Assembly (NCBI GenBank): GCA_038893995.1
Contig: JAWAQK010000003.1
Location: 24,710 to 80,784, forward strand
Reading direction: 5' to 3'
DNA length: 56,075 nt
Source: Candidatus Thorarchaeota archaeon
GTDB taxonomy: Archaea > Asgardarchaeota > Thorarchaeia > Thorarchaeales > Thorarchaeaceae
The position numbers and the translations under genes are program-made. Positions 44,906 through 54,817 of this stretch are shown one piece after another (within the stretch, counting starts at the first letter, position 1; each line of letters starts with the position of its first letter). The notes under the pieces were generated by a model. The model was not told the origin of the DNA, did not search any database, and worked only from the letters and a program-made list of their open reading frames with translations.

Positions 44906-46618
44906 ATGGCTCAAGACACCACTACATTGAATGGAGAGCGAACACGCTCCAATGTCTCGTTGCTGACATCGGTCGCATACTTGGCATACATTATCGTTCT
45001 GATCGGCACTGGTCTGACTGCACTGCTTGGTGGGGCCGTACTGATGCTCGTGAAGGCCCTCGTGGGCGTCACATTGGCACTCCCGAGTGAGTTGTCCGGA
45101 TGGCCGTTCCAAGGCCTACTGATCTCACTCATCGCAATAGCGGTGAGAGGAAATGTCCGTGGCCTGAGGAACAGAGAGGGTCACTCATTCTCCTCGCTAT
45201 TCTACTCGAACCTCCTAATTGCACTAGTATCTCTCAGCATCGGGATGTTGGGATATGTCCTGGCAATCCTGAGCCTCGCCATCATTGCACTGACATTCTT
45301 GCCGGGGAACAGGGAACTATGGTTGTCTGAATTCAGGGAGGACCTCAAGCCAAGAGTCAAGGAGATCAGGTACAGTCTCCACCTTGTCCGGAAGAGCCCC
45401 CTCGTAGTGCTTGGGATAATCATTCTGACCTCTGTCACTGTTCTCTGTCTCTCAGCTCCGTGGATTGCCCCCTTTGGGCCGGAGGAGAGGATACCCGCTG
45501 ACTCCAAGCTTCCGCCAGGCTCACCTGCATCGATCCTGAAGAACACAAGACTCGACCTCGCTATCGTGTCGAACGAAACGGTCACGTCCAATCCATATCA
45601 AACAATATCCGGGTTCTCGATGAGCTACGACATGGTGAGAACCGAGTATCCCCCAGTCCTGTCAGTATCATTCAATCTGAAATCTGGCGCTGACGCGGGC
45701 CTGACGACATTCGCACTGTACAATGTGAGCCAAGAAGTATATGGCGCTCTCAGCGACTCAGAAAGGCTGAACTATAGGATGCTTGAGAACTCAAGTACGG
45801 GAAGGCTGCGACTCAGCATCCAGTTGTCAAATCAACCTATGCAGTACACATGGGTGATAACGTACTCTGCTCCAAACAAGACGACGACCTGGACCACATC
45901 AGAGTACATAATACTCTACTACAATCACTGGCGACCGATACACTACTGGGGAACTGATGACGAGCTGGGCGGTGATGTCTTCAGCCGTGTCCTGTGGGCC
46001 GGTATCACGGACTTGCGTATATCCGTGACCGTTGTTCTCGTGGCCACCACGATCGGCGCCATCATTGGAGCCGTATCCGGCTTCTACGGAGGTAAGATAG
46101 ACGAGCTTGTGATGAGGGTCACAGACATCTTCTTCGCCTTCCCTGGACTGATACTGGCAATGGCAATCGTAATGGTCCTGAAGGTGAGAAGCTTCGACAA
46201 CATTGCGCTGGCACTGATGGTGACCTGGTGGCCGGTGTATGCACGTCTCGTCAGGGGCCAGGTGCTGGTGGAGCGCGAAAAGCTCTACGTCGAGGCCGCC
46301 CGTTCGGTCGGCGCCAGCGACTCGAGAATACTACTGGTGCACATCCTCCCCAACACGTTCCAACCACTGATCGTACAGGCAACAATGGACACTGGAGGCG
46401 TGCTCCTCACAGCTGCTGGCCTTGCATTCATAGGCTTCGGGCCACCTGCCGGATTTGCAGAATGGGGACTGATGATTGCAGGAGGACAGTCACTGATGTA
46501 CACTCACCCGTGGATAGCGTTCTTCCCAGGAATGTTCATCCTGCTGACTGCCCTTTCGCTGAACCTGATAGGTGACGGAATCAGAGACATTTTCGATCCC
46601 AAGCTCAGGAGAAGGTGA
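44906..46618 (+). CDS. dppC: Peptide ABC permease with extra N-terminal TMs and an extracellular insertion
   Basis: HYWGTD..GGDVFSR, YVEAARSVGA, HILPN, EWGLMI, GDGIRDIFDP. 570 aa. Confidence 0.88.
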   Translation: MAQDTTTLNGERTRSNVSLLTSVAYLAYIIVLIGTGLTALLGGAVLMLVKALVGVTLALPSELSGWPFQGLLISLIAIAVRGNVRGLRNREGHSFSSLFYSNLLIALVSLSIGMLGYVLAILSLAIIALTFLPGNRELWLSEFREDLKPRVKEIRYSLHLVRKSPLVVLGIIILTSVTVLCLSAPWIAPFGPEERIPADSKLPPGSPASILKNTRLDLAIVSNETVTSNPYQTISGFSMSYDMVRTEYPPVLSVSFNLKSGADAGLTTFALYNVSQEVYGALSDSERLNYRMLENSSTGRLRLSIQLSNQPMQYTWVITYSAPNKTTTWTTSEYIILYYNHWRPIHYWGTDDELGGDVFSRVLWAGITDLRISVTVVLVATTIGAIIGAVSGFYGGKIDELVMRVTDIFFAFPGLILAMAIVMVLKVRSFDNIALALMVTWWPVYARLVRGQVLVEREKLYVEAARSVGASDSRILLVHILPNTFQPLIVQATMDTGGVLLTAAGLAFIGFGPPAGFAEWGLMIAGGQSLMYTHPWIAFFPGMFILLTALSLNLIGDGIRDIFDPKLRRR

Positions 46619-47832
46619 TCGTTCAAGTGACTTCAGATGACATAGTTCTAAAGGTCGAGGACCTCTACGTGAACTTCTACACCTACGAGGGCGTGGTACA
46701 CGCGCTTGACGGGGTCAACTTCGAGCTCAGACGCGGCGACACGATGGGACTGGTCGGAGAGACAGGCTGCGGTAAGAGTGTGACCTCGAAGGCAATCCTC
46801 AGACTGATTGACCCGCCTGGGAGAATTGAGAGCGGCAGAGTTCTCCTCTACCTCGACGATCCATCCACGGGTCAGAAGACTCCTGTCGATATCCTTCAGT
46901 TACCTGAGAAGAAGATGCTGGAAATAAGGGGTAACAAGATCGGTATCGTCTTCCAGGACCCCGCAACGTATCCAAACCCGGTATTCAAGATAGGTGACCA
47001 GATAGCAGAGGTGATCCAGATACACCAGGATCTCTCGAGGGACGCACTTCTCTGCAAGATCGAGGAACTTGAGAAGCTAATGGCCAGTTCCACCAGTTCC
47101 AGTCAGAACGCATCCGCCTCGGGTCAGACAACATCGCTGATGAACAGGGTTTCTCCGGAGAGGGTCAAGGCCCAGATAGAGCAGTATCGTTCGATGCTCG
47201 ATAACCCGCCAAAACCCGACAACAAGAGTCTGAAGATGGCGGCCAAGAGGAGAGCAATCGAGATGCTGCGAATGGTAAAGATGCCGGCACCCGAACGTGT
47301 CGCCGAGCAGTATCCACACGAGATGTCCGGAGGAATGAGACAGAGGGCATTGATAGCAATGGCACTTGCCAGTGATCCACTCGTCCTCATATGTGATGAG
47401 GCCACGACAGCACTGGACGTCACCGTTCAAGCACAAGTGTTGCGGCTGCTCAATGAGCTCAAGACAAAAGTGGGGAGCTCCATCATTATAATCACGCACG
47501 ACCTGGGAATTGTTGCGGAGACCTGCAACAGGGTCACTGTGATGTATGCTGGTACTGTAATCGAGTCAACATCAGTCTGCGAACTGTTTGGGAATCCTAT
47601 GCACCCATACACAATAGGCCTACTCAAGGCTGTACCCAAGCTTCACGAGCAGAAGGAGAAGCTTGATCAGATACCCGGATCTGTACCAAATCTGATAACG
47701 CCGCCTCCCGGGTGCAGATTTCATCCTCGCTGTTCATTTGCGACTGATATCTGCAAGAGAGAGAAGCCCGAACTCATAGAGATTCGGCCCGATCACAAGG
47801 TGGCCTGCCACCATCCGCAGGGCAAGTTCTGA
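46615..47832 (+). CDS. dppD: Peptide ABC ATPase
   Basis: GETGCGKS, YPHEMSGGMRQR, ICDEATTALD, HPYT, GCRFHPRC..C..VACH. Confidence 0.92.
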   Translation: MIVQVTSDDIVLKVEDLYVNFYTYEGVVHALDGVNFELRRGDTMGLVGETGCGKSVTSKAILRLIDPPGRIESGRVLLYLDDPSTGQKTPVDILQLPEKKMLEIRGNKIGIVFQDPATYPNPVFKIGDQIAEVIQIHQDLSRDALLCKIEELEKLMASSTSSSQNASASGQTTSLMNRVSPERVKAQIEQYRSMLDNPPKPDNKSLKMAAKRRAIEMLRMVKMPAPERVAEQYPHEMSGGMRQRALIAMALASDPLVLICDEATTALDVTVQAQVLRLLNELKTKVGSSIIIITHDLGIVAETCNRVTVMYAGTVIESTSVCELFGNPMHPYTIGLLKAVPKLHEQKEKLDQIPGSVPNLITPPPGCRFHPRCSFATDICKREKPELIEIRPDHKVACHHPQGKF

Positions 47833-47845
47833 AGGAGGACTTGAG

Positions 47846-48877
47846 ATGAGCAGAGAATCGGACGTATTGATGAGCGTGATCAACCTGAAAAAGTACTTTC
47901 CTCTCACGGGAGGGGTCTTCAGGAAGGTCATAGGGAAGGTTCATGCCGTAGACGATGTATCATTTGACGTGTATCGGGGAGAGACACTTGGAGTTGTGGG
48001 AGAGTCCGGTTGTGGGAAGACCACCCTCGGAAGGACCGTGATACGACTCCTGAAGCCCACATCTGGAAGGATCATATTTGAGGGCACTGACATTGCTAAC
48101 CTCAAACCGAGCGAGCTCCGACCCTTCAGACGTGAGATGCAGATAGTGTTCCAGGACCCGATGGCCTCCCTCGACCCGCGGATCACAATAAAGAACTCCG
48201 TCGGAGAACCACTAGTTACAGCCGGTGTAGCACACGGATACAAGATGCGAAAGATGGTACTGGACCTACTGCAGAAAGTTGGACTCACAGAGGACCACCT
48301 CAACAGGTTTCCACATGAGTTCAGTGGAGGCCAGCGTCAACGTATCTGTATCGCGAGAGCGCTTGCGCTCAATCCCAAGCTCGTAGTATTGGACGAACCT
48401 ACGTCTAGCACTGATGTGTCGGTGCAGGCACAGACGCTCAACCTGATGAAGGATCTGCAGAAGGAGTTCAATCTCACTTACATCTTCATATCACACAATC
48501 TCAGCGTCGTCAAGCACATGAGCGACCGAGTAGCCGTCATGTATCTGGGAAAGATTGTAGAGCTGACTCCGTACGACATCTTCCGCGAGCCCCTGCATCC
48601 CTACACGTTCGCGCTCGTGAGTGCGGTCCCGATACCAGATCCATCATTCTCAGGAAAGACGCAGGTGCTTGAGGGTGAGGTCCCGAGCCCAATCTATCCG
48701 CCTCCTGGATGTAGATTCCATCCGAGGTGCATCTTCGCCCAGGAGAAATGCATGACAGAAACGCCTGAGCTCAGAGACATCGGAAATGGACACCTTGTCG
48801 CCTGTCACTTCGCAGGAGAACTAGACTTCGGAAGGAGTGCACAACAGGAGTATGCTCAGGCGAACCAGTGCGCGTGA
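47846..48877 (+). CDS. dppF: Peptide ABC ATPase
   Basis: GESGCGKT, FPHEFSGGQRQR, LDEPTS, HPYT, GCRFHPRC. Confidence 0.92.
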   Translation: MSRESDVLMSVINLKKYFPLTGGVFRKVIGKVHAVDDVSFDVYRGETLGVVGESGCGKTTLGRTVIRLLKPTSGRIIFEGTDIANLKPSELRPFRREMQIVFQDPMASLDPRITIKNSVGEPLVTAGVAHGYKMRKMVLDLLQKVGLTEDHLNRFPHEFSGGQRQRICIARALALNPKLVVLDEPTSSTDVSVQAQTLNLMKDLQKEFNLTYIFISHNLSVVKHMSDRVAVMYLGKIVELTPYDIFREPLHPYTFALVSAVPIPDPSFSGKTQVLEGEVPSPIYPPPGCRFHPRCIFAQEKCMTETPELRDIGNGHLVACHFAGELDFGRSAQQEYAQANQCA

Positions 48878-48900
48878 TGACCAGATAGGAGGAACCTCAA

Positions 48901-49101
48901 CTGGACGAGGAGAACCCAGAGAGAGAAGAGCAAGTCGATTGGAGAAGTATCGTTCAGAGGGAGGAAAGTAGAACATCCTCGGTCAGTCTAGATAAGAAGG
49001 ACTATGTGGCATTCTTCATAGCCGCGCTCCAGACGATCTTCCTGCCCCTTGTGATCTTGACGATACTCCTCCTCCTGTTAGCAGTCCTGGTGGGTATCTG
49101 A
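48901..49101 (+). CDS. Small membrane protein (66 aa), CTG start, absent from the ORF track
   Basis: RBS aggagga at 48887-48893, in-frame TAG at 48886, CTG at 48901. Translates to (M)DEENPEREEQVDWRSIVQREESRTSSVSLDKKDYVAFFIAALQTIFLPLVILTILLLLLAVLVGI. Stop abuts the next gene's GTG. Confidence 0.7.
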   Translation: MDEENPEREEQVDWRSIVQREESRTSSVSLDKKDYVAFFIAALQTIFLPLVILTILLLLLAVLVGI

Positions 49102-49461
49102 GTGACAGAGGTAGGGGGACGCAAACCAGCAACGAACAAGATCGTCATAGATTCATTGGCGATCTCGTCAGGTCTAGCAGGGGTAGACCTGGTAGTTGCA
49201 CTGCTACTGGCACTATCTGTTCCTACTGTGAAGGCCCTAGACGTTGCATCCGTTGTCATGATACTGGAGTTCGGGATTCTCTTGATCGTGGGTTCCTGCA
49301 TGCTGGGGACGGCTCCACTTGACGACCAGACAGGCACAAGCCAGTCCGAGTCATCCCCATCCGACCGAAACCTCGAACGTGGGAAGAAGCTGTTTGCAGT
49401 AGCACTCTTTCTCCTGCTGTACGCGCTTCTGACAGGAATGGTCGGTTCGATTCTTCAATGA
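49102..49461 (+). CDS. Small 3-TM membrane protein
   Basis: Three hydrophobic segments; contiguous with the dpp operon. Confidence 0.65.
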   Translation: MTEVGGRKPATNKIVIDSLAISSGLAGVDLVVALLLALSVPTVKALDVASVVMILEFGILLIVGSCMLGTAPLDDQTGTSQSESSPSDRNLERGKKLFAVALFLLLYALLTGMVGSILQ

Positions 49462-49465
49462 TTGA

Positions 49466-50254
49466 TCACCACTGCGTCCGCTCGGCTGCAACACTCTCAT
49501 CGCCATCATGATGACGCAACCTCCGGAGCGTCCAATAGGGTAGCAGGAGGAAGATCAGTGGCGTCAGGACAGCTATGTACACGACGGACAGTATGACAGA
49601 GAGATCTAACAGGGCAAGCGCAGGGCCAACAACAATCAGCACAACGACCGAGGAGAGGAGGACACTCAGGGCGGGTAAAATGGAGTCCGCGTAGGGGGCC
49701 ATCGCTATCATGACCATGCCAATCAGCGCCGATGAGAGTGTCCACTTCCTGACCTGCCGTATGGCCAATACAAGGTACACATAGTCCTCTTCGTTCAGAC
49801 GTTCGATAGCGACTGTGTTCAGGTCGTCAAGGTACTCCTCACACAGCCTTGCCTCATCAGGTCCCAGTGCCACAAGACCTCCGACAACAAGAAAAAGGAG
49901 CCCGCCTCCCATGAGAGAGATGGCATCAACCATCAGGGCGCCCAGTATCATTGCAGACCAGCCCAACATGAGCCCAATCGCTAAGAATGACACGAATGTT
50001 CTGTCCCTGAGCAGACCCAGAATCTTGGCAGTAAATCTTCCCTCGTACCTATAGACGGTCCTGTCAATCATCCACTGGTGAGAGAGACATCTGACGTACT
50101 CACCGTTTCCTGATGTGTCAACCCTTGAAACGTCTATCCTAGATTCGAGCAGATGCTTCAGTTTCGACGTGCGAGACAGGCGGCGTGCCCTGAACAGAGT
50201 GCGCACCACCAGTAAGACACCAGTCAATGCCACCATGAGTTGCAACGGAACCAA
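49466..50254 (-). CDS. Hypothetical polytopic membrane protein
   Basis: About 6 hydrophobic segments; no recognised motif. Confidence 0.65.
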   Translation of the reverse strand: MVPLQLMVALTGVLLVVRTLFRARRLSRTSKLKHLLESRIDVSRVDTSGNGEYVRCLSHQWMIDRTVYRYEGRFTAKILGLLRDRTFVSFLAIGLMLGWSAMILGALMVDAISLMGGGLLFLVVGGLVALGPDEARLCEEYLDDLNTVAIERLNEEDYVYLVLAIRQVRKWTLSSALIGMVMIAMAPYADSILPALSVLLSSVVVLIVVGPALALLDLSVILSVVYIAVLTPLIFLLLPYWTLRRLRHHDGDESVAAERTQW

Positions 50255-50274
50255 CTGGGCTCACTTCCATCTTC

Positions 50275-51225
50275 TTATCGACCATGCCCACTCAGACAGA
50301 GCGCGACCGCCCTGAGCCAGAGATGGGCATTCACAATGTCGGCCGGGTCCAGTCGTTCCACGGGCAACCCTATATAGACTACTACGTCGCCCCGTAGTCT
50401 GGACTCTCGCCCGTGACCGATCCTGACAGACACTCGGCTCCCGTCGGTCCGGAGCCGGATGCCATTCTCGAGGAACACCCTCGGGCTCTCGCAGTATGTG
50501 TAGTCTAGAATTGGGTCGGGTGGCGGATACATGAGCACTTCAGTGCCGTCGTCGATATCGAATCTCAGCAAGAACGACTCAATCTTGTAGGTCGGGACAA
50601 GTGAACATCGCCGGATATCGCCTGGCAAGATGAGCGGTCGCTTGACCTGACGCATCAGAGACACTCTTGTGTCCAGTATGCCGCAGAAGTCCCCGCACCT
50701 TCCCTGGATCGAGAGCTGATGCCCATCGTCATCAACACTGAAGACTGGCGTCCCCAGGTCAACGCGCTCTATCATGTTGTTGGATCCACCCTCGGGATCG
50801 TACACAAAGAGTGGGACTGAGAGCATCGGTAGCATCTTGTCTGGATGTGTCGGTTTCTTCCTCATTATGGACCATGTAGCAGAATTGATCACAAAGAGAC
50901 CAACCGAGGGAGACGCGTTGCCTCCAGGACCAGACCTCACGAACTCAGCCCTCTCGCCCGGTGAGGGATAGATGAGACTGAGAGCACGATCGACCTGTTC
51001 AATGAGTAGCTGGGTGTGTCCCCTGCTGGCAAGTTCATCTCGCTGGTCCTCGGTCAGATCAAGATCTACGCCCAGCTCAGCACGGAACGCCTCGATGGAA
51101 TCCAGCTCGAATGCATGACCCGTCCTCATGTCGAATGGGCCCTCGTTACAACACCTGATAATTCTTGGGGATGAGGAGGCCTTGAGCTCAGATACGTTGA
51201 AATCCCGATGACCAACCGGCCTCAC
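50275..51225 (-). CDS. Hypothetical soluble protein (start uncertain)
   Basis: Long ORF with protein-like composition. The start may be further in (e.g. MRTGHAF), since only 8 bp separate it from the divergent GNAT gene. Confidence 0.6.
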   Translation of the reverse strand: MRPVGHRDFNVSELKASSSPRIIRCCNEGPFDMRTGHAFELDSIEAFRAELGVDLDLTEDQRDELASRGHTQLLIEQVDRALSLIYPSPGERAEFVRSGPGGNASPSVGLFVINSATWSIMRKKPTHPDKMLPMLSVPLFVYDPEGGSNNMIERVDLGTPVFSVDDDGHQLSIQGRCGDFCGILDTRVSLMRQVKRPLILPGDIRRCSLVPTYKIESFLLRFDIDDGTEVLMYPPPDPILDYTYCESPRVFLENGIRLRTDGSRVSVRIGHGRESRLRGDVVVYIGLPVERLDPADIVNAHLWLRAVALCLSGHGR

Positions 51226-51233
51226 GAGTACTC

Positions 51234-52076
51234 TTGAGACGTGTGACTGTCAGTCAGATATCACTGGAAGAACTCGAACAGTGGATCCGCCTGTATGAAA
51301 CGGGTCAGGACCTCAGCTACACACCCATCTCACCAAAGGACCTGAGGTCGCTTCTGAGATCCATGCCAGGTTCTCAGCTCCTGATGGCCTACTCGCGAGG
51401 GATTCCTGTCGCAGCTTGTAGGGTCACGAGGACAGAGACTCGTGACACACTGATCTGTGATTTCTCGATCAGGCACGGCGAGGAACAGGAGGCCAGATCG
51501 TTGGTATGTCGCGTGATGGAGCGGGCCAGAGACGAGGGGTCCAGGCGTGTGAAGATGTGGATCAGCGACAACAATGAGGAACTAGGAGACATAGCTGCCT
51601 CGTTCGACATGGAGGTCTACGACATAAGGACCCTGCTGGAACTCAGTTGTCCTAGGAGGGAGGACGAGGCTGGCAGGTCAACAACACTGCTGACGAGGCA
51701 CAATAACAGTGTACGTCTTGAGTCCAAGCTCGATGAAGGACAGATCCCGCTGCCATATCTACTCGAGATATCAAGATACGGGTACGTCAACCAGTTCGAG
51801 ACAACCCTGAGGGGGAACGTACATCTAGACATCTTCACATCGAAGCGCAGGCGAGGAGATGCGTGGCTCATCGTGGGTCACAGGGGACCAGAGACCAGTA
51901 GGTGCGCGGAGGTCAGCAAGGAGGACGTCGTTGATGTGGTCCACGAACTCGCGCGACTCGGTGTTCGCAAGATTCGGTGTCACACACACACTGACCACTC
52001 GCTCAAGGGACCTCTCACTGATGCCGGCTTTGAAACGGTGACGAACACTTTCCTCGTGGGGCTCGAACTGCTCTGA
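51234..52076 (+). CDS. GNAT-family acetyltransferase (tandem GNAT-like)
   Basis: LLMAYSRGIPVAAC, ARSLV..VMERARDEG.RRVKMW, C-terminal L..AGF. Confidence 0.6.
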   Translation: MRRVTVSQISLEELEQWIRLYETGQDLSYTPISPKDLRSLLRSMPGSQLLMAYSRGIPVAACRVTRTETRDTLICDFSIRHGEEQEARSLVCRVMERARDEGSRRVKMWISDNNEELGDIAASFDMEVYDIRTLLELSCPRREDEAGRSTTLLTRHNNSVRLESKLDEGQIPLPYLLEISRYGYVNQFETTLRGNVHLDIFTSKRRRGDAWLIVGHRGPETSRCAEVSKEDVVDVVHELARLGVRKIRCHTHTDHSLKGPLTDAGFETVTNTFLVGLELL

Positions 52077-52462
52077 ACACGTTCAGAGAAGGTACACCAA
52101 CAGAAAGGTATTCAGGGCCGCGTTCTCGGTATACCCTGCTCTTGATGGCAGTAGTTGTTGCGGGGCGGATCGCTGGCCATCGTGGGAGCAGTCACTCATT
52201 CTTCAGATGAGAATGGCGCCATACGCGTTCCACCAGGTCGAATGCAGGAAAGGTGTATATACCAACACGCGTGCACATATCGTGCGGCGTGAAGCCGGGA
52301 GGACGTTGACAGGAGGCCAGCAAACAGTCTGTCGTGATTCGCCGCGAACAGAACAGTACCCCCAAATCGCCGATGTACTGGCAGGACATGTTATGGACAC
52401 CATCGCGGACCCCACATCGCTGAGCGCCATTTCCAAGGCGCTCAGTACCACAGTCTGTCGGA

Positions 52463-53560
52463 TCATCTATGGTGACATCGGATCCAGTGTCCAGGGCCTA
52501 TTTCTCGATACTCTGGAACCTCCGACCTACAGATCTCGGTGGCATAGTCACATCGAGGGTGGAAAGGACAACCGCTCGGTACATCGGCAAGGTCTGGAGG
52601 ATCTCCTCGGATTCCCCTCAGGACAGGACGACGACCGTCAATCCTGGCCCGCATCATCGCAATGGTCGGGAATGAGGACATGAGACCGGCCGTGTAGGGA
52701 TGGAGAGGGTCCAGGAACATCTGCCGGGCGTCTCCAATCTCCATGATCTTTCCTGCATACATGACCGCAACCCTGTCCGAAAGTTCAGCTATCACGCCTG
52801 CATCGTGACTTATCATCAGGATCGATACCCCAAACTCACTTCGGATCATGGTGAGTACATTCATGATCTGCCTCTGCACAGTCACATCGAGGGCGGATGT
52901 CGGTTCGTCAGCAATCACCAGGCGCGGACCAGATATCAGTGACATCGCTATCAGTATCCTCTGTGCCTCACCTCCCGAGAAGTTCCTCGGATCGAGAACA
53001 TAACGTGTGTTCGCATCCGCAAGTTGCACCAGGTCCAGGTATTCCAGGACTCTCTTTCTGATGGCGGACCGTCGAGCATCCTCCTCATGGACCTCTATTG
53101 GTTCGCCGGTCTGATAGCCTATGCTGAAGAGTGGATTCAGGGCGTGTGTCAGTCCCTGGGGAATCATGGAGATGTCACGCCCCCTGATTCTGACAAGCTC
53201 AGGCTCATCCATACCGATGAGCTCTCTCCCACAGAACCGGACAGACCCGCTTACGCCCGGTCGGTCCTGAAGATCACCATCACGAGTGTCGTAGGCCTCA
53301 ACCAGTCCAGGTATCTTAGATATCCCCGCGCTGAACCGGGCCATTCTCTCAAAGAGACCTATGATTGACAGGGCCAACGATGTCTTGCCACAACCGCTTT
53401 CACCGAGTATGCCCAGGCACTCACCGCGCCGCATCTCAAACGAAACATCATCAACAGCTCTCACAATGCCCTTCTTGGAAACATAGTAGGCCCTCAGATT
53501 TCTGACCTCTAAGAGAGACGAGTCGCTCAAGTCACACTCACTCGACGGACGCGAAACCAA
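52463..53560 (-). CDS. DppD-like ABC ATPase (orphan)
   Basis: GESGCGKT, FSGGEAQR, IADEPTSALD, ISHD, HPYT, GCPFHPRC. Confidence 0.88.
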   Translation of the reverse strand: MVSRPSSECDLSDSSLLEVRNLRAYYVSKKGIVRAVDDVSFEMRRGECLGILGESGCGKTSLALSIIGLFERMARFSAGISKIPGLVEAYDTRDGDLQDRPGVSGSVRFCGRELIGMDEPELVRIRGRDISMIPQGLTHALNPLFSIGYQTGEPIEVHEEDARRSAIRKRVLEYLDLVQLADANTRYVLDPRNFSGGEAQRILIAMSLISGPRLVIADEPTSALDVTVQRQIMNVLTMIRSEFGVSILMISHDAGVIAELSDRVAVMYAGKIMEIGDARQMFLDPLHPYTAGLMSSFPTIAMMRARIDGRRPVLRGIRGDPPDLADVPSGCPFHPRCDYATEICRSEVPEYREIGPGHWIRCHHR

Positions 53561-53594
53561 CCCACATTAAGTGTTTCCGTATCGAGCAAATCGA

Positions 53595-54722
53595 CTACCA
53601 CTCCGGTAACTCCTCGTAACGATGACATGCGACCCAGTGGCCTGGCCGTACCTCTCTGAAGTCTGGTCTGACCCTCCTGCAGTGGTCTGTCACGTACTCA
53701 CATCTCTCGCGGAAGATGCAACCAGGATGTAGACGTGTCACATCTGGAGGACCACCAGGGATACCCCTGAGCCTCAGATTCCTCTGTCGAATCCGCCTCA
53801 TCATCTCCATGCTGGGACTGCTCATCAGCATGGCTCTTGTGAAGGGATGACCGGGCGAGCCCAGGACATCTCGAACGTCGCCCAGCTCTACCAGCCTGCC
53901 ACCAGTCATTACTCCCACTCTATCAGCAGTCTCTGCCACCACCCCAATATCGTTGCTGAGGATCATCAGTGAGAGGTCAGTCTTCTCCTTGATGATCCCT
54001 ATCGCGCTGAGGACCTGTCTCTTGATCACTGCGTCAAGACCGGTAGTCGGTTCATCGAGTATTATCAATGCAGGATTAGTGACAAGCGCCATTGCAATCA
54101 TGACGCGCTGGTCCTCTCCCTGGCTGAACTGACTGGGCTTCAAGTCCTTTCTCAGTTCCGCCTCCGACAGCTCTGTGAAGTTCAGTGCCTGGAGTACTCG
54201 GCGAAGGATCTCACGGTCTGAGAGTTCGTCCTCCTCGTCATGGGCCTTCATGCTCTCTGCGATCTGAAGTCCCACAGTCGTGTAGGGATTGAGACTCATC
54301 CTGGTCCCCTGGGGTACGTAGGTGATGTCGTTTCCCCGGACCCGTTGGTACTCGTTCTCGTCAAGTCCTACAAGGTCCCTACCTAGGAACCAGACATGAC
54401 CCTCCACGCCCGGGAGCTCAGTCCCCATCTCCCTTGAGGTGACACCCCTCTCTCTTGCCTCGTCCCTGAGTTTCCACAGTCTCTTATTCTCCTCGTCACC
54501 TGATGAGGACGCATAACGCCTTGAGACTTCGTCAAACACGCCCAGGATAGCCAGAGCAACAGAGGTCTTACCTGCTCCAGACTCGCCGAGCAGCCCCATT
54601 GCCTCGCCACGCCTGATCTCAAAGCTCACGCCATCGACTGCTCGGACCAGACCGCTTCTCGATGTATGATATGCTCTCAGATCCTCGACCTTCAACACTA
54701 GGAAACTGTCATCAGACCTCAT
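53595..54722 (-). CDS. DppD-like ABC ATPase with degenerate signature and H-loop (orphan)
   Basis: GESGAGKT, FSQGEDQR, ILDEPTTGLD, LSND in place of the H-loop, HPFT, GCIFRERC. Start taken at ATG 54722. Confidence 0.85.
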   Translation of the reverse strand: MRSDDSFLVLKVEDLRAYHTSRSGLVRAVDGVSFEIRRGEAMGLLGESGAGKTSVALAILGVFDEVSRRYASSSGDEENKRLWKLRDEARERGVTSREMGTELPGVEGHVWFLGRDLVGLDENEYQRVRGNDITYVPQGTRMSLNPYTTVGLQIAESMKAHDEEDELSDREILRRVLQALNFTELSEAELRKDLKPSQFSQGEDQRVMIAMALVTNPALIILDEPTTGLDAVIKRQVLSAIGIIKEKTDLSLMILSNDIGVVAETADRVGVMTGGRLVELGDVRDVLGSPGHPFTRAMLMSSPSMEMMRRIRQRNLRLRGIPGGPPDVTRLHPGCIFRERCEYVTDHCRRVRPDFREVRPGHWVACHRYEELPEW

Positions 54723-54817
54723 GACGAGATGAGGCAGCAAACACGAACAGAAAAGGACTGCGAAACAAGCATCTCCTGACACGATGTCATTAGAGAACGA
54801 GTTAATATGGGAACCAG

